A DNA stretch of 55,761 nucleotides from a virus (IMGVR_UViG_3300037483_001815:1-55761); one strand, 5' to 3'. Numbered from the stretch's first letter, positions 10,201 to 17,751 are shown. Made by a program: numbers and translations. The notes: a model not told the origin generated them from the letters alone.

Positions 10201-13200
10201 CTGCAGCATGGTCAGTAGTTGGTTGGTCTGCTCGCTGGTCATCTGGTGCTCCATGCTCATCAGCAGGGCCGCCTCGCTGGGACTCCTCACCTCCGGCAGG
10301 GCCTGCCGCAGATCCATCTTCTCCGGCCGGCTGAGATAGCCGCTGATCGCCTTGCTTTCCAGCAACAGCGGCACCACGTCCTGGTACGCCGTGATCACCT
10401 TGCTGGGCAGGCCCTTGGCCGTCAGCTCTGACTCTTCCTTCTCCACGGCCGTCTGCAGCTCGGGAAACGACAGGGGAAACATCTTCTTTCCCCACTCCGT
10501 CGCCAGTTCCTGCGTCCCGGCTATCTCGTTCCAGATGTAAGTCGGTACCTGATACATGATTGTCGATCTCCTTTGCCAGCCGCTCAACATCGGCCTCGCT
10601 GTCCATCCCGGCCTTGTCCACGCCGGGAAAGTTCTTGGCCCCCAGGTAAAACCCGGGGAGATAGGGCCGGAGCTTGTCAGCCACCTCGGCCAGGACCTCA
10701 TCACCCAGCATGGCCCGGGAGAAATCAGCAAACTTCCTGGCCCCGGCCTCGATATGATAGGCGGCCATCTCGGCGCCGATGGCGAACAGCTCCGGATCAA
10801 AGCCGGCATTGAGCCGGCCCAGCTTGTCCTTTAACTTGTTTCTGAGTTCTTCGTAGCGGGCGACGCTGACGATCTTGTTGTCGCTGCCGTAATCGGCCGC
10901 ACCTTCCCGGTCAGGGGAGACCTTTTGCTCTCCACGTCGTCCAGCGCCCCGGTCAGGATGTCTGCTATCTCCGGTATCCTGGTCACCTGGTCGAGCTGGT
11001 CGATCCCCAAACAATGATTGCTGTGCTTTTTCATACAGATTCCCCGTTGCCAGCCCGATGGCTGTTTCCACCAGCTCCATGGCGGCTGGTTCTTTCTTCT
11101 CCCCAAACAGACTCTTCTGCTTGGGATTGCCTGCGGCCCGCACCCGGCGCACATAGGCCTGCAGAAAATCATTGACCTTCTTGCCGCTTCTGCTGTTCTG
11201 GTCGAAAAACCGCAGCAGCCGCTTGGTCAGATCGGTGCGCGGATCCCCGAACAGGTTAAGCTGAGCCAGTTCAGCTTCCACGCCTATGCCCTCGGCCCGC
11301 AGCCGGGCGAAATCCTCCACCGCTGCAGCCAGCCCCCCGGTTATATCCAGATTATAAAGCTCTCCGGCGGAAATATCAAGGCGCATCCGGGCGATGGCAG
11401 GAGCGGCCTGCAGCATGCCGTTGGTGATGTTGCGGATATTGTTGTCCGTGGATTCCACCACCCGGGCCACCACCTGCTGGTTTGGATAGGCGGCGGCAAA
11501 TACCGCGTTGCGGATCCTGCTGGTGCCGGACTGAGACAGCTTGCCATCCGCATCCATCATGGTGTTCTGCTCGCCCTGGGGCAGCAGGCCGATGAACCGC
11601 CGGATAAACGGCCGGTTGGCCGCTGTATCAATCGCCCCCGTATCGCTGGCCGCGAAATCGTCCAGGGAGGCCAGCAGCTCGGCGTCGGCCATGGCCTTTT
11701 CATAGTCGCTCATGTCGGAGACGCCTGCGGTGTTGGCCTCCTTGGCCAGGCCGGCCAGCTCCTCCATGTCCATCCGGTCCACCAGCTGGCGGACCAGCAC
11801 CGGCTCTTTGATGTTGTCCAGGGCCTCGGCCATGATGCCGAACTGGCCGAGATGGTCAACCAGCCATTGCCGGTAGGGCAGGGCCGTCTCGCCGGCGTAG
11901 GCCTTGCGCAGGCCGATGGACCGGCCGTTGCCGGACAATACAACCAGGTCCGGAGTAACCACCGGCGCCCCTTCGCTTATCTTAGGGTTAGCCCCCAGCC
12001 AGGCCCCCCTGGGGGCCTTGGCTATCTTGTCCACCTGCAGGCGGTAGGCATCCCGGGTGCGCTCCCTGGGCTGCAGCCGGGCCGGGTAATCCATGTTCGC
12101 CGCCAGCTCGTCGTCGTGACTGGTAACCAGGTCCGCGGCCTCCACCACCGCGTAGCGCAGATTCATCCTGCGTCCGGCCTCGGTGTCCGCCGTCAGCAGG
12201 GCGCCTTTGGCCATGCGCTCCGCCGGCGGGGAGAAGGTTGCCGGGGCGGGCACGTCCTGTTTTTTGCCTAGGTTGGGGAGGAAGGGGGAAACGGACACCG
12301 GGGCATTGGGCGATTTGTCACCGCCCATATCGTCCAACGCATCTTGTTTTTCTGGCAGTTTAACGTTGGGCGCTGTTTCTCCCTCTTCCCCGCCCAGCTT
12401 ATCCAGCTCGCCCTTGGCCGGCATTGCGGCATCGGCCTTTTCCTGCTCCTTGCGCACCGTGGCGTTGTAAAAAGACAGGGCCACCTGGGCGTGCCCCAGC
12501 TTGACCCCCAGGGCCTCGGCGGCCTGGTTCACCAGGGAGGCCTGCGCGGGCCTTTCTCCCGGCTGCCACTCCGGATCCAGCTTGGTAATCTCGGCCGCCA
12601 CCCGCTGGCCAAGCTCGTAATACTTTTTCCCGGCGGGCCGCCTCTCCTTTTGGCCGGTCAAGGTGGCAACGGCAGAGGCCTTTTCCTCCGGTTCCGTGGG
12701 CGGGGCCGCTGTCTCCTGCCCGGCTGCCTGTTGCTCGATTTGCTCGATCCCGGCTATCTTGCCCTGTAACTTTTCCAGGGCTTTCTTTGCCGTCATGGCC
12801 CAGCCGGTGAGCGGTTCATTTTCAACAATCGCGGTGCCATGCCCGTCCTGGCCCGGGATAAATGCCTGATACCCGCCGGACGGGGATTTTACCACATTGA
12901 TCTTGCCGTAAGGTGTTTCCTTCTCCCGGTCGGCAATCCCGGCCTCATCCGCCGGCTTCTTCTTACCGGTCAACGTGGAACCGGCAGCGGCCTTTTTCTC
13001 CGCCGCCGCCGGCCGCGCTCCAGCTGATTCATCGACGGGGGGGGCAGTCTGCCCGCCTTCCTGTCCGGCCACGCCGGACAACTGCTCACCCACCAACTGT
13101 CGGACAAATTCCGCTTCCGCCGCCGGGTTTACCCCCGGCATAACCGCCGCTTCACCTGCCGGAGAAACCTGTCCGGGCAGCTCTTCCGGCAGAGGGGCTG

Positions 13201-14803
13201 GCGCCGGGGCAATATCCGTCTCGGCGCCTGCCTGGGGGATTTCCCCTTGCATCATCTGCTGGGCCGGAGACATCTCCTCCGGCGCCAGCCCCTCTGCCGG
13301 CGGCTGTACCGGCGGCTGGAAAGGGTCCTGGGCAGTGCTTGCCGCCTGCTCCTGCTCGGCCACCAGGGCGGCGGCAAACTCCTTTTCCCGGGCCGCGGCC
13401 TGGCGTTCCGTCTCCAGGACCTGCCGGCTCCGCTGCCGGCGCCGCTCCTGCTCCTGGGCCGCCTGTTCAGCCCGGCGCTCATCAGCCAGGGCATCGTCCG
13501 CCACCGCGCCGCCTGCGGCCCCCAGGGTTTCGTCCTGGGGCGGCTCCTGGGCCGCGGCATCCTCAAAGGACGTACCCAGGTCAAAGGCGTCGTTGGCCGC
13601 CACCACCTGGTCGGCATAGGTCCGCCACTGCCGGGCCAGGTTGGGGAAAACTGACTTGATGGATTTTTCCACCTCCTGGACCGCCTCGGCCCGTTTCAGC
13701 TTCCGCCGGCCGGCCTCCTTTTCATCCAGGCCGTCCGGTACCGGATTCTCCAGGGCCTGCCTGGTCTGCCTGATATTGGCCATGTGCAGGCCGCCGCCCA
13801 GGCCGCCGAAAATGATACTGGCCACCCCGATGGGGCCGGCCTGCTTCTCGATGGCCTGCCAGAAATCATCCGTGCCGGCTTCGTAGTGGCGCATGATCTC
13901 CGCCTGGGTGCCGGTATTGGCCAGTTCGCCCGTGGCCTCGGCGCCGGTCACCGCAACCCCTTTCTTGACCGCCTGCTTCCAGGATCCGGCCAGCATGCCC
14001 TGCAGGCTTTCCTTCAAGATCTCCTTGCCCGGGGCGGTGAGCACCCGGCCGCTCCCCAGGGTCAGCAGCTCGATGGCGTCGGATCCGAACTCCCAGCCCA
14101 TTTCGGAATAGGCCTCCAGCCTGGCCGCCTCGGCCGCCTCCTCCGGTTCATAGCCCATGTTCAGGTAGCGCTTTTCCGCTTCATTATACTGGGCGGCCCC
14201 GAACAGCGGCACGCCGGTCAGATAACCGGCCACCGCACCGGGCAGACCACCGGCTGCCAGGCCGACGGCCACGCCCGGCAGCTTGCTGCCCAGGGATACC
14301 ATGGCGCTCTCCACGCCCTGGGTCACGGCGCCGCGCACCCCGCCCTGGGCGCTCTCCCTGGACATGGGAAATTGGTCCTCTTTCCAGTCCGCCAGCTCAT
14401 CCGCTTTTTTCGCGGCCCAGTCTTTCAGATCAAAGCCGGGGGCGAACTCCTCGCTGCCGCCGGACAGGCCGGGGCCGCTGACCGCCACCCGGTCCGCCAG
14501 CCGGTCGTGCATGGCCACGCCCTGCAGCAGCATCTCCATGATGCCGGCCGGCGCCCGCTTGACCGTATTGGCCAGATCAGTGCCGAAGGTGCGGCTTTCA
14601 GCCTCCGGCCGGAAGGACTCAATGTGGGTATTGACAAAGTTGTTCCTGGTCCGGTCCCGCACATGCTTGTCAAGCTGGCGAAACTCGTCATCCGCCAGCT
14701 TGCCGTCAAAATAATTGGCCAGCACCTGCCGCTTGTCGCTGGTGGGAAGTTTGGCGAACTCCGGATTCTGAAACCACTTGCTGACTGTCTGACTAAGATT
14801 CAT
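1229..14803 (-). CDS. Giant polyvalent DarB-like internal virion protein (ParB-like domain, SF2 helicase, N6-adenine methyltransferase, zincin, intein)
   Basis: 4524 aa; ParB-like LQPRER..GAPVV..SGNGR; Walker A NGTGTGKT, DESH, QGEGRIYR; LEPSAGHG and MNPPFG; HELTH; last gene after ejection proteins. Confidence 0.9.
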   Translation of the reverse strand: MNLSQTVSKWFQNPEFAKLPTSDKRQVLANYFDGKLADDEFRQLDKHVRDRTRNNFVNTHIESFRPEAESRTFGTDLANTVKRAPAGIMEMLLQGVAMHDRLADRVAVSGPGLSGGSEEFAPGFDLKDWAAKKADELADWKEDQFPMSRESAQGGVRGAVTQGVESAMVSLGSKLPGVAVGLAAGGLPGAVAGYLTGVPLFGAAQYNEAEKRYLNMGYEPEEAAEAARLEAYSEMGWEFGSDAIELLTLGSGRVLTAPGKEILKESLQGMLAGSWKQAVKKGVAVTGAEATGELANTGTQAEIMRHYEAGTDDFWQAIEKQAGPIGVASIIFGGLGGGLHMANIRQTRQALENPVPDGLDEKEAGRRKLKRAEAVQEVEKSIKSVFPNLARQWRTYADQVVAANDAFDLGTSFEDAAAQEPPQDETLGAAGGAVADDALADERRAEQAAQEQERRRQRSRQVLETERQAAAREKEFAAALVAEQEQAASTAQDPFQPPVQPPAEGLAPEEMSPAQQMMQGEIPQAGAETDIAPAPAPLPEELPGQVSPAGEAAVMPGVNPAAEAEFVRQLVGEQLSGVAGQEGGQTAPPVDESAGARPAAAEKKAAAGSTLTGKKKPADEAGIADREKETPYGKINVVKSPSGGYQAFIPGQDGHGTAIVENEPLTGWAMTAKKALEKLQGKIAGIEQIEQQAAGQETAAPPTEPEEKASAVATLTGQKERRPAGKKYYELGQRVAAEITKLDPEWQPGERPAQASLVNQAAEALGVKLGHAQVALSFYNATVRKEQEKADAAMPAKGELDKLGGEEGETAPNVKLPEKQDALDDMGGDKSPNAPVSVSPFLPNLGKKQDVPAPATFSPPAERMAKGALLTADTEAGRRMNLRYAVVEAADLVTSHDDELAANMDYPARLQPRERTRDAYRLQVDKIAKAPRGAWLGANPKISEGAPVVTPDLVVLSGNGRSIGLRKAYAGETALPYRQWLVDHLGQFGIMAEALDNIKEPVLVRQLVDRMDMEELAGLAKEANTAGVSDMSDYEKAMADAELLASLDDFAASDTGAIDTAANRPFIRRFIGLLPQGEQNTMMDADGKLSQSGTSRIRNAVFAAAYPNQQVVARVVESTDNNIRNITNGMLQAAPAIARMRLDISAGELYNLDITGGLAAAVEDFARLRAEGIGVEAELAQLNLFGDPRTDLTKRLLRFFDQNSRSGKKVNDFLQAYVRRVRAAGNPKQKSLFGEKKEPAAMELVETAIGLATGNLYEKAQQSLFGDRPARPGDQDTGDSRHPDRGAGRRGEQKVSPDREGAADYGSDNKIVSVARYEELRNKLKDKLGRLNAGFDPELFAIGAEMAAYHIEAGARKFADFSRAMLGDEVLAEVADKLRPYLPGFYLGAKNFPGVDKAGMDSEADVERLAKEIDNHVSGTDLHLERDSRDAGTGDGVGKEDVSPVVSRAADGRGEGRVRADGQGPAQQGDHGVPGRGAAVAGKQGDQRLSQPAGEDGSAAGPAGGEESQRGGPADEHGAPDDQRADQPTTDHAAGPLAEHTGRADDDLARSRRQQAKANTLPVSFYSIDNIRESLPFLFPEQQDDVLKAEKRFYEDDGRGMLFTNGTGTGKTYTGLGVARRFFSAGKTEILLVVPKQTKVQDWIKDGENLGLSIRPLADTKDSGPGLLITTYANLYQNEALQARHHDLIIYDESHFVSAGKDGDQNAAFINAHRIAADHPDYLVDKAKLGDQEWRELVAKTAARKAEILADSGFMAGDKESSRRWQAQSTAWDEFADERRAIEGRLRQQAAERTGFAKVVFLSATPFAHHKSLLYADKYLFDVDEGQAKDETSRGYNGGANTDRWFMTNLGYRMRYNKLTQPESGVDVGLLERNLHQKLVAARSVSGRKLDVPFDYSREFVLLDSELGSQIDDGMDIVRGWKDREENKYEVLPAIVRKAYDYHYVNRLLETLKAREAVARVKKHLELGRKVVVFHDYIEGAPGHPFAFSGFSPESAAGKEVAHFNTKYPQYAQLDLRGLKPAITTMTQAFGDRVVLYNGRVPGRQRTENIRRFNDDDSGADVILVLRAAGKEGDSLHDVTGKHNRVFMDLGLPYSPPAAIQGEGRIYRVGQRSDAIMEYLVLHTSFEQIAYGSKINARVRTVENLAMGDAARDLDTAFKEGYLNAGNVFPHADQGRGGKEKDGNFEGLSEFSRARTYYYGRGKKTQRQKSREGKDYFATPEPVGMKMVEWGSPAAGEIGLEPSAGHGAIARFFPGDTTNHFVEPSSVLASQLAVNASGVQREGTFEELDPHNKYDFIIMNPPFGSGGSTAVAHLAKAVRHLRDGGRIVALLPEGPAADKKLDKFYEETKGVYLRGTVTLPAVTFERAATKVRTRVLVFDKVLDKDQAALLSGQNNYDLSNAENIEELFTRIEHLEMPARLPAAPRQEQAAAPSMPTAGGAVTVARGWHKQKGQEIFTATWSQRLDRDTYQQVAAIAKKHKGYWSRFSKNMVFEGSREDAEAFAGEVNPLLDSAAGTGVMSQREETTSRKEKYGPGKETDDTRELEREYRQASRAGQATRSLAGGFLTEVSVSERDADATQQLAKEFGRRVVFFHNREHERLRIGGTVLPGSPDVIYIHANTPKPYLYVLGHELTHRMELDAPHLFQKFHDAVMPLVYASPWKRYQERIQALQQSVGEDPLTYSRLESELLADFIGENFLEQDFWDQVAAREPSLFVRISRWVQSFLDKVLAMFKLRQGAGVAVMFSDLETARAAAAEAVADFLQAEVPAMGRAGQTMAQRTPAPVFFSAMQRHLAAKLPGSGSPSSFTQTINSWVKKGQIKAEELQWSGLPEWLAGQDQASRITKDELLAWLAENNLQVEEVVKGGGGTVFPHGFATIKDLMEVAENNNRLVDRNGQFLFGFAPVQDEAGNWNLLDAYGGDTVQYMGQQLLPAGGNYRELLFTLPVDQNGEHAARSARINQLIAQRDQLAEQPADPERQRQLRNLGVQIDMVMRESAPKYTTFHSAHWSEPNVLAHVRFNERTDADGKRLLFVEEVQSDWHQAGRKLGYGPGGVAPAPFAGTDKLSMLAMKRMVRWAADHGFDRIGWTTGEQQADRYDMSRYFKEIAYNVVTEENRNMQAQTIGEYHLEGITIDGSLHNFGAFAAEDLPGVVGKEMADKIVNGDGKESMSRIVGRIKGAKILSGIELSVGGEGMKAFYDKILPSTVNRLVKKWGVKVGRGKINHGDQAVEVHTLDITPEMRAEALAGQPLFMREPVENSPAAVARDLAEDRTFLNRLFAQRDLGQHLASVKTAALQKELQGMAGQASRRRHVLGFAYSKLKRSADSDLLDMALMVWRDVQADPDKVEAFRTWAADRLPRAKGEERLRLKEQLAVLDRMDRLTPEQLGFADRIGELFDQAGQVAQANKVIGGFRDNYVRRIWNLPQGRQDDFMSAGSGQGFKVFSTARMHRKFDTILDGWMAGYDLKVQGLTSSYGVYQAELEEILANKDFVRLGYGTRDLQGRRLFSTSRSGEYKDYVELEASGFAVWEWAGDIKAEKGPDDEQVLFVNSHGRKFFYSQVQSAPELWAVHRLDENGKPAKRALRLFGNQAAAMVYADGRDFPATVQYRPAKDVADAWERRKLYAPPQLAQLLNQATRKDRLFASLPGAQQLLRINASLKSWILLSSFFHHIAGTRSWAFGVDHGWRPQSITDPVSGETLRTAGINPVRAYKMGVRKIENLHPLIMRGVKNGLTLGNMQDWDESALRQDLGYSRKLARHLGLEAVDKAMDKGSRLRQGMADSLFKRYFAGLKAEAFAIEYVHELQRAKERFERGQGPAPDVDKVAERVARLINEDFGGLHLQRMGRHPTLQKILRLLLLAPDWCVDAKTRAMTKDGWRFYHELSDDDEIMAFDPQTHTLRWSRLQDKYVNQHYAGKMVQIRNVNRHIMMTPEHTCYARNFTTGQYDIVKAKDLQTNHLIPRCAPFPAPVDKTITDNLVRTVGWMVTDGHVKPVRWTRKDGSVGHSRTGKIKQAKPHTVKILKDMGFSCYVDNFVSDHGKFVSRHPAYVFSVPAKTISEMEKLGIKDNNLTWEFLRRLTDEQRQILYDTMMLGDGTGQKRFCGKEKEVFLMTMLQTMMGLPSTFYQQEKNCWRTRWITRGKDISCWGHHNNKREVDYSGTIWCPSVDTGFWLAEREGLMFITGNTESNFRMVSGLIPKANEWISKMVGDMQPTPGMRPHYNRFFAKVLLRTAASTFLLQILLNGWDDSEKFWKEQMSGENFYKFRWLYADISKIYQALGIDLEGKRKVFPVAGHFLDPLKLFDPPRLIKGKGSPIMRAGEALMGGTDWAERPFTGSRDFLATGKTVKGSPHNQKEGAYDRLPATLVNQVINMQPVQVGYFFKWLQGEEDTLSALLLSAGVGVHNAWQPPMTGPVRLADDPVSAEIERLTRAKLLHMGPPARTMVIGGIPQKLDRASYEEYVRKSSERVQARLLPLVQSEKWGKYDPERQAAIIRDVIIGSRKKARAGVKRQKIKAAATAGREDLPQ
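2258..3217 (-). mobile_element. Intein (320 aa) with LAGLIDADG-type homing endonuclease motifs in the giant protein
   Basis: APDW|CVDAKTRAMTKDGW... TPEH block B ... GWMVTDG, TMMLGDG ... WCPSVDTGFWLAEREGLMFITGN|TES; visibly more AT-rich than flanks. Confidence 0.9.
10159..10557 (-). CDS. Candidate nested gene (132 aa) in +1 frame of giant gene
   Basis: AAGGAG 10 nt before ATG; MYQVPTYIWNEIAGTQELATEWGKKMFPLSFPELQTAVEKEESEL... has normal globular composition while the host frame is G/D/R/A low-complexity. Confidence 0.6.
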   Translation of the reverse strand: MYQVPTYIWNEIAGTQELATEWGKKMFPLSFPELQTAVEKEESELTAKGLPSKVITAYQDVVPLLLESKAISGYLSRPEKMDLRQALPEVRSPSEAALLMSMEHQMTSEQTNQLLTMLQALWPNTPAEQTTT

Positions 14804-16054
14804 TTACCACCCACCCGTAGCCCCGCCTTTGTTGGCCGCAATAGCAGCCAAGCTGGCCTCTTGCTTGGTTTTAGGCTTGACCAGGAACTGGCGCCAGTCA
14901 TCCTCCTGCGGCGCCCCCTGCTTCTCCCCCGGCTTGCCGCCGGCCACCATGCTGGCCGAACCATCCGCCGCCAGAAACCCGCTCATCAGGGAGGCCTTCT
15001 TCTCCGCCTTGACCTGATGGACCAGGGAGTTCCGCATGACGTCGGCGAACTGGTCGTAACTCTCATACTGGGCGGCCTGCACATCATCAAGCGTGTTCCA
15101 GGCCGACTTGATATAGCTCTCGATCCGGCCCATCTCCACGCTGGAAAGTTCCGCGCTTTTGCCGCTGCGCCGCTCCAGCAACTCCAGCTTGGCCAGACCC
15201 TGTTTCTGGGCCTCGACCAGGGCTGTTTTTTTCTGCTGGTCCGTCTCCGCCTCGATCAGCTGCTTGTTGCGGAATAGCTTCTGCTCCAGCTGGCGGGCCT
15301 CCAGGCCATCCCTGGCATTCAGGTACGTCTCCAGCCGGTCCGGATCCTTGGCCAGCTCATCAATGGACCCCATGTAGCGGAAACCTTTCTGCTCCAGATC
15401 CTGGGGGGCGGCATACTGCCTGCCGTTGCCGTCCACCCCCATGCCCTTGGCCCGGCCGGTCTTGATATCCACCCCGTCGGTCCACCAGGCCAGGTTGCCG
15501 GAACCGTCCATAAACACCTTGCGGTTAAAGGCGGCGTTGTAGTTGACGTTGAACCGGGCCTTCTCTTCTTCCTTCCTGGCCTGGAAGAACTTCACCGGGT
15601 CATCCGACACATAGCCGGACCAGGCCTTGGCAATCTCCTCATCCGTCGGGTTCCAGGGCGTTTGTTTCCCCTGGGCGTCGGTGAGGACAAAACCGCCCTT
15701 TTCTCCCGGCGCAGCCTGCACCCCGTCCAGCACATTCTCGTTGTAAAACTGCATGGCGAACTGGTCAGCCTGCTGTTTGTTGCCGGTGGCGGACAGGGCC
15801 TGCCATTTGCTGAAGGCGTCCACGGCCTGCTGTCTGCTGGCGTCCCACCGGGCAGTGTCCGCCTTAATTTTGTCAAGGGTAGCCTCGCTTTCCATCTGCG
15901 CCATGTGAAACGGCTTAGTTGCCTGGGCTAGCTCCAGCTCTTCCTCGGCCAGCCTGGCCCGCAACTGTTTGTATTTTTCATCCTCCGGCTGGGTCCGCAT
16001 AGCCGCGAAACCGCCGGCCAGCTTGAGTAATTGATTTACTTCATCTGCCATCAT
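14804..16054 (-). CDS. Internal virion/DNA ejection protein
   Basis: 416 aa, helical Q/A/K-rich, directly upstream of giant protein. Confidence 0.7.
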   Translation of the reverse strand: MMADEVNQLLKLAGGFAAMRTQPEDEKYKQLRARLAEEELELAQATKPFHMAQMESEATLDKIKADTARWDASRQQAVDAFSKWQALSATGNKQQADQFAMQFYNENVLDGVQAAPGEKGGFVLTDAQGKQTPWNPTDEEIAKAWSGYVSDDPVKFFQARKEEEKARFNVNYNAAFNRKVFMDGSGNLAWWTDGVDIKTGRAKGMGVDGNGRQYAAPQDLEQKGFRYMGSIDELAKDPDRLETYLNARDGLEARQLEQKLFRNKQLIEAETDQQKKTALVEAQKQGLAKLELLERRSGKSAELSSVEMGRIESYIKSAWNTLDDVQAAQYESYDQFADVMRNSLVHQVKAEKKASLMSGFLAADGSASMVAGGKPGEKQGAPQEDDWRQFLVKPKTKQEASLAAIAANKGGATGGW

Positions 16055-16066
16055 CTCCCCCTTTTT

Positions 16067-16375
16067 TTAACTGAACAGATAGGACGCCAGCATCAGCCCG
16101 GCCCCGGCAACGGCGCCCCAGCCGGTGGCGGTCAGGGCTCCGGCTGCGGTCAAGGCCCCACCGCCCATGAGCGTGGCGCCGGCCATGGCGCCTCCAGCAG
16201 CGCCAATGACGGCCTCAGTGGCTTTGCCGCCGCCGTCGTCACTGGTGGTGGTCTGCGTATTGGCCTTGGTCATGGAGGCGTAGGAATTGGCCGCCCCGCC
16301 CATGGCCTGCACTGATTTGTTATAGGGATTTTCCACCTCGTAGAGGCGGAAAAGATCTTGTTGTTGTCCAGCCAC
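16067..16375 (-). CDS. Small ejection protein with glycine-zipper hydrophobic C-terminus
   Basis: GGAGG RBS, GTG start; GAAGGAMAGATLMGGG...GWGAVAGAGLMLA. Confidence 0.7.
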   Translation of the reverse strand: MAGQQQDLFRLYEVENPYNKSVQAMGGAANSYASMTKANTQTTTSDDGGGKATEAVIGAAGGAMAGATLMGGGALTAAGALTATGWGAVAGAGLMLASYLFS

Positions 16376-16388
16376 TGTTAACCTCCCT

Positions 16389-17063
16389 TTAGGCGTTGCC
16401 GGTCACCCGGGCCAGCATGTTGAAAGAATCCGTCTGCGCGGTACGCCTGGCCGTGGTTTTTGCTGCAGCCGTGGCCTTGGCCTGCTCCATGGCATCGGCC
16501 CCCAGCTGAGCCAGAGAGGAACCGCTGCCGATACCGCCCCGGCGGGCCACGGTGCGCAGGTTAGCGTCCTTGACCTTGCCATACTGCTGGGCCACGTCCG
16601 CCGCCGCCATGCTCATGGCCTCTCCCCCATTGGCCCCCTGCAGGGCCATGGAAATCGCCTTCTGGGTGGCTGCCGTCTGGCCGGGAAGCAGCTGCTGGGC
16701 CGCATCGAGCTGCGACAGCTGCAGCTCGGTCTGCCCGGGCAGCAGCTGCTTGGCCGCGGCAATCTGAGACAACTGCAGCTCGGTCTGCGGCTTGATCAGT
16801 TGCATGTTGGCGTTAACCTGGGCCGTCTCCATGGGCTGATAACTGGTTTTCCAGAAATCAAAATACTGGTTGGCGATCTGCTGCTGTTCCTCGGCCACCG
16901 CCGCCATGCGCTTATTGTACGCCGGATCATAGGTGTTGGTGGTGGTGGTGGAGCTGCCGCCGCCCTTGCACTGGGCCACCGGCCCGTTGTAGAGAAAGAA
17001 CTCTTCGGCGAGCACCTGCCCGTTGTGCAGGTCGATGGTCACACTGGTATAGATTTTTTTCAC
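16389..17063 (-). CDS. DNA ejection (pilot) protein, P22 gp7-like leader
   Basis: GTG start at 17063 overlapping upstream TGA, GAGGTGG RBS; GPVAQCKGGGSSTTTTN motif, A/Q-rich. Confidence 0.7.
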   Translation of the reverse strand: MKKIYTSVTIDLHNGQVLAEEFFLYNGPVAQCKGGGSSTTTTNTYDPAYNKRMAAVAEEQQQIANQYFDFWKTSYQPMETAQVNANMQLIKPQTELQLSQIAAAKQLLPGQTELQLSQLDAAQQLLPGQTAATQKAISMALQGANGGEAMSMAAADVAQQYGKVKDANLRTVARRGGIGSGSSLAQLGADAMEQAKATAAAKTTARRTAQTDSFNMLARVTGNA

Positions 17064-17488
17064 AATTCCACCTCTTTGGTGTATTCGCTGTAGCTTGGCG
17101 AAAAATTCCACTCCGCCATCCAGGCCGCCATGTCCCTGACCGTGTAGGTCTTGATCCGGCAGCAGCCAAGCTTTACCGCGTATTCCTCCAGGAAACGATG
17201 CACCGTGCCGGAGAAGGTGAGCGGCTGCACCTCCCCGCCGCACCAGGCATGATCAACGATCAGATGGCGTTGCGGTGGGCAGGTGTCGATCCCCTGCAAC
17301 CTGGTGGTGATAAATCCGTCCAGCTCTTCATTAACCGCCCAGATCACCAGTTCACCGGCCAGCACCGCCTTCATGATCCTGGCCAGGTCATCATCGCCGT
17401 TGGCATAACGCAGGACCTCCTGCAGCCCGTCGCTGATCCGGGGCCACTGCACGGTCAATAATTTATTAAAATCAAGTAAGGGGATCAT
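17060..17488 (-). CDS. GNAT-like virion morphogenesis protein
   Basis: Start reassigned to ATG 17488 (ATGA overlap); GNAT-like pattern LEEYAVKLGCCRI; typical position before ejection genes. Confidence 0.55.
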   Translation of the reverse strand: MIPLLDFNKLLTVQWPRISDGLQEVLRYANGDDDLARIMKAVLAGELVIWAVNEELDGFITTRLQGIDTCPPQRHLIVDHAWCGGEVQPLTFSGTVHRFLEEYAVKLGCCRIKTYTVRDMAAWMAEWNFSPSYSEYTKEVEL

Positions 17489-17730
17489 CCGAAAATTTTC
17501 TCCCACAGGGAAACATCCTGCAGCCCGACGCAATCCTCCGGATTATTCGCCGCTCGAGCGGTGGCTATGTCCAGCTGGTCCATGGTGAACAGGGCGGGCA
17601 CCACGTTGCCGTCCCGGTCCTGGATCAGGCAGGGGAAATACTCCTTGGCCGCCCCGAAGCGCCTGGCCTCGTTATTAATTTTTTCATCAAGACGTATTGC
17701 CGATCCAATCATCACACCCTCCTCATTCAT
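17485..17730 (-). CDS. Hypothetical phage protein
   Basis: 81 aa ORF coupled to downstream gene. Confidence 0.65.
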   Translation of the reverse strand: MNEEGVMIGSAIRLDEKINNEARRFGAAKEYFPCLIQDRDGNVVPALFTMDQLDIATARAANNPEDCVGLQDVSLWEKIFG

Positions 17731-17751
17731 TCTTGCGGTTAATTGAGGCCA

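Noticed and set aside
1476-15931. Many long plus-strand ORFs (e.g. 5792-7150, 7367-8632, 11018-12271, 13784-15277)
   Set aside because: Antisense shadows of GC-rich minus-strand genes; no RBS or motifs
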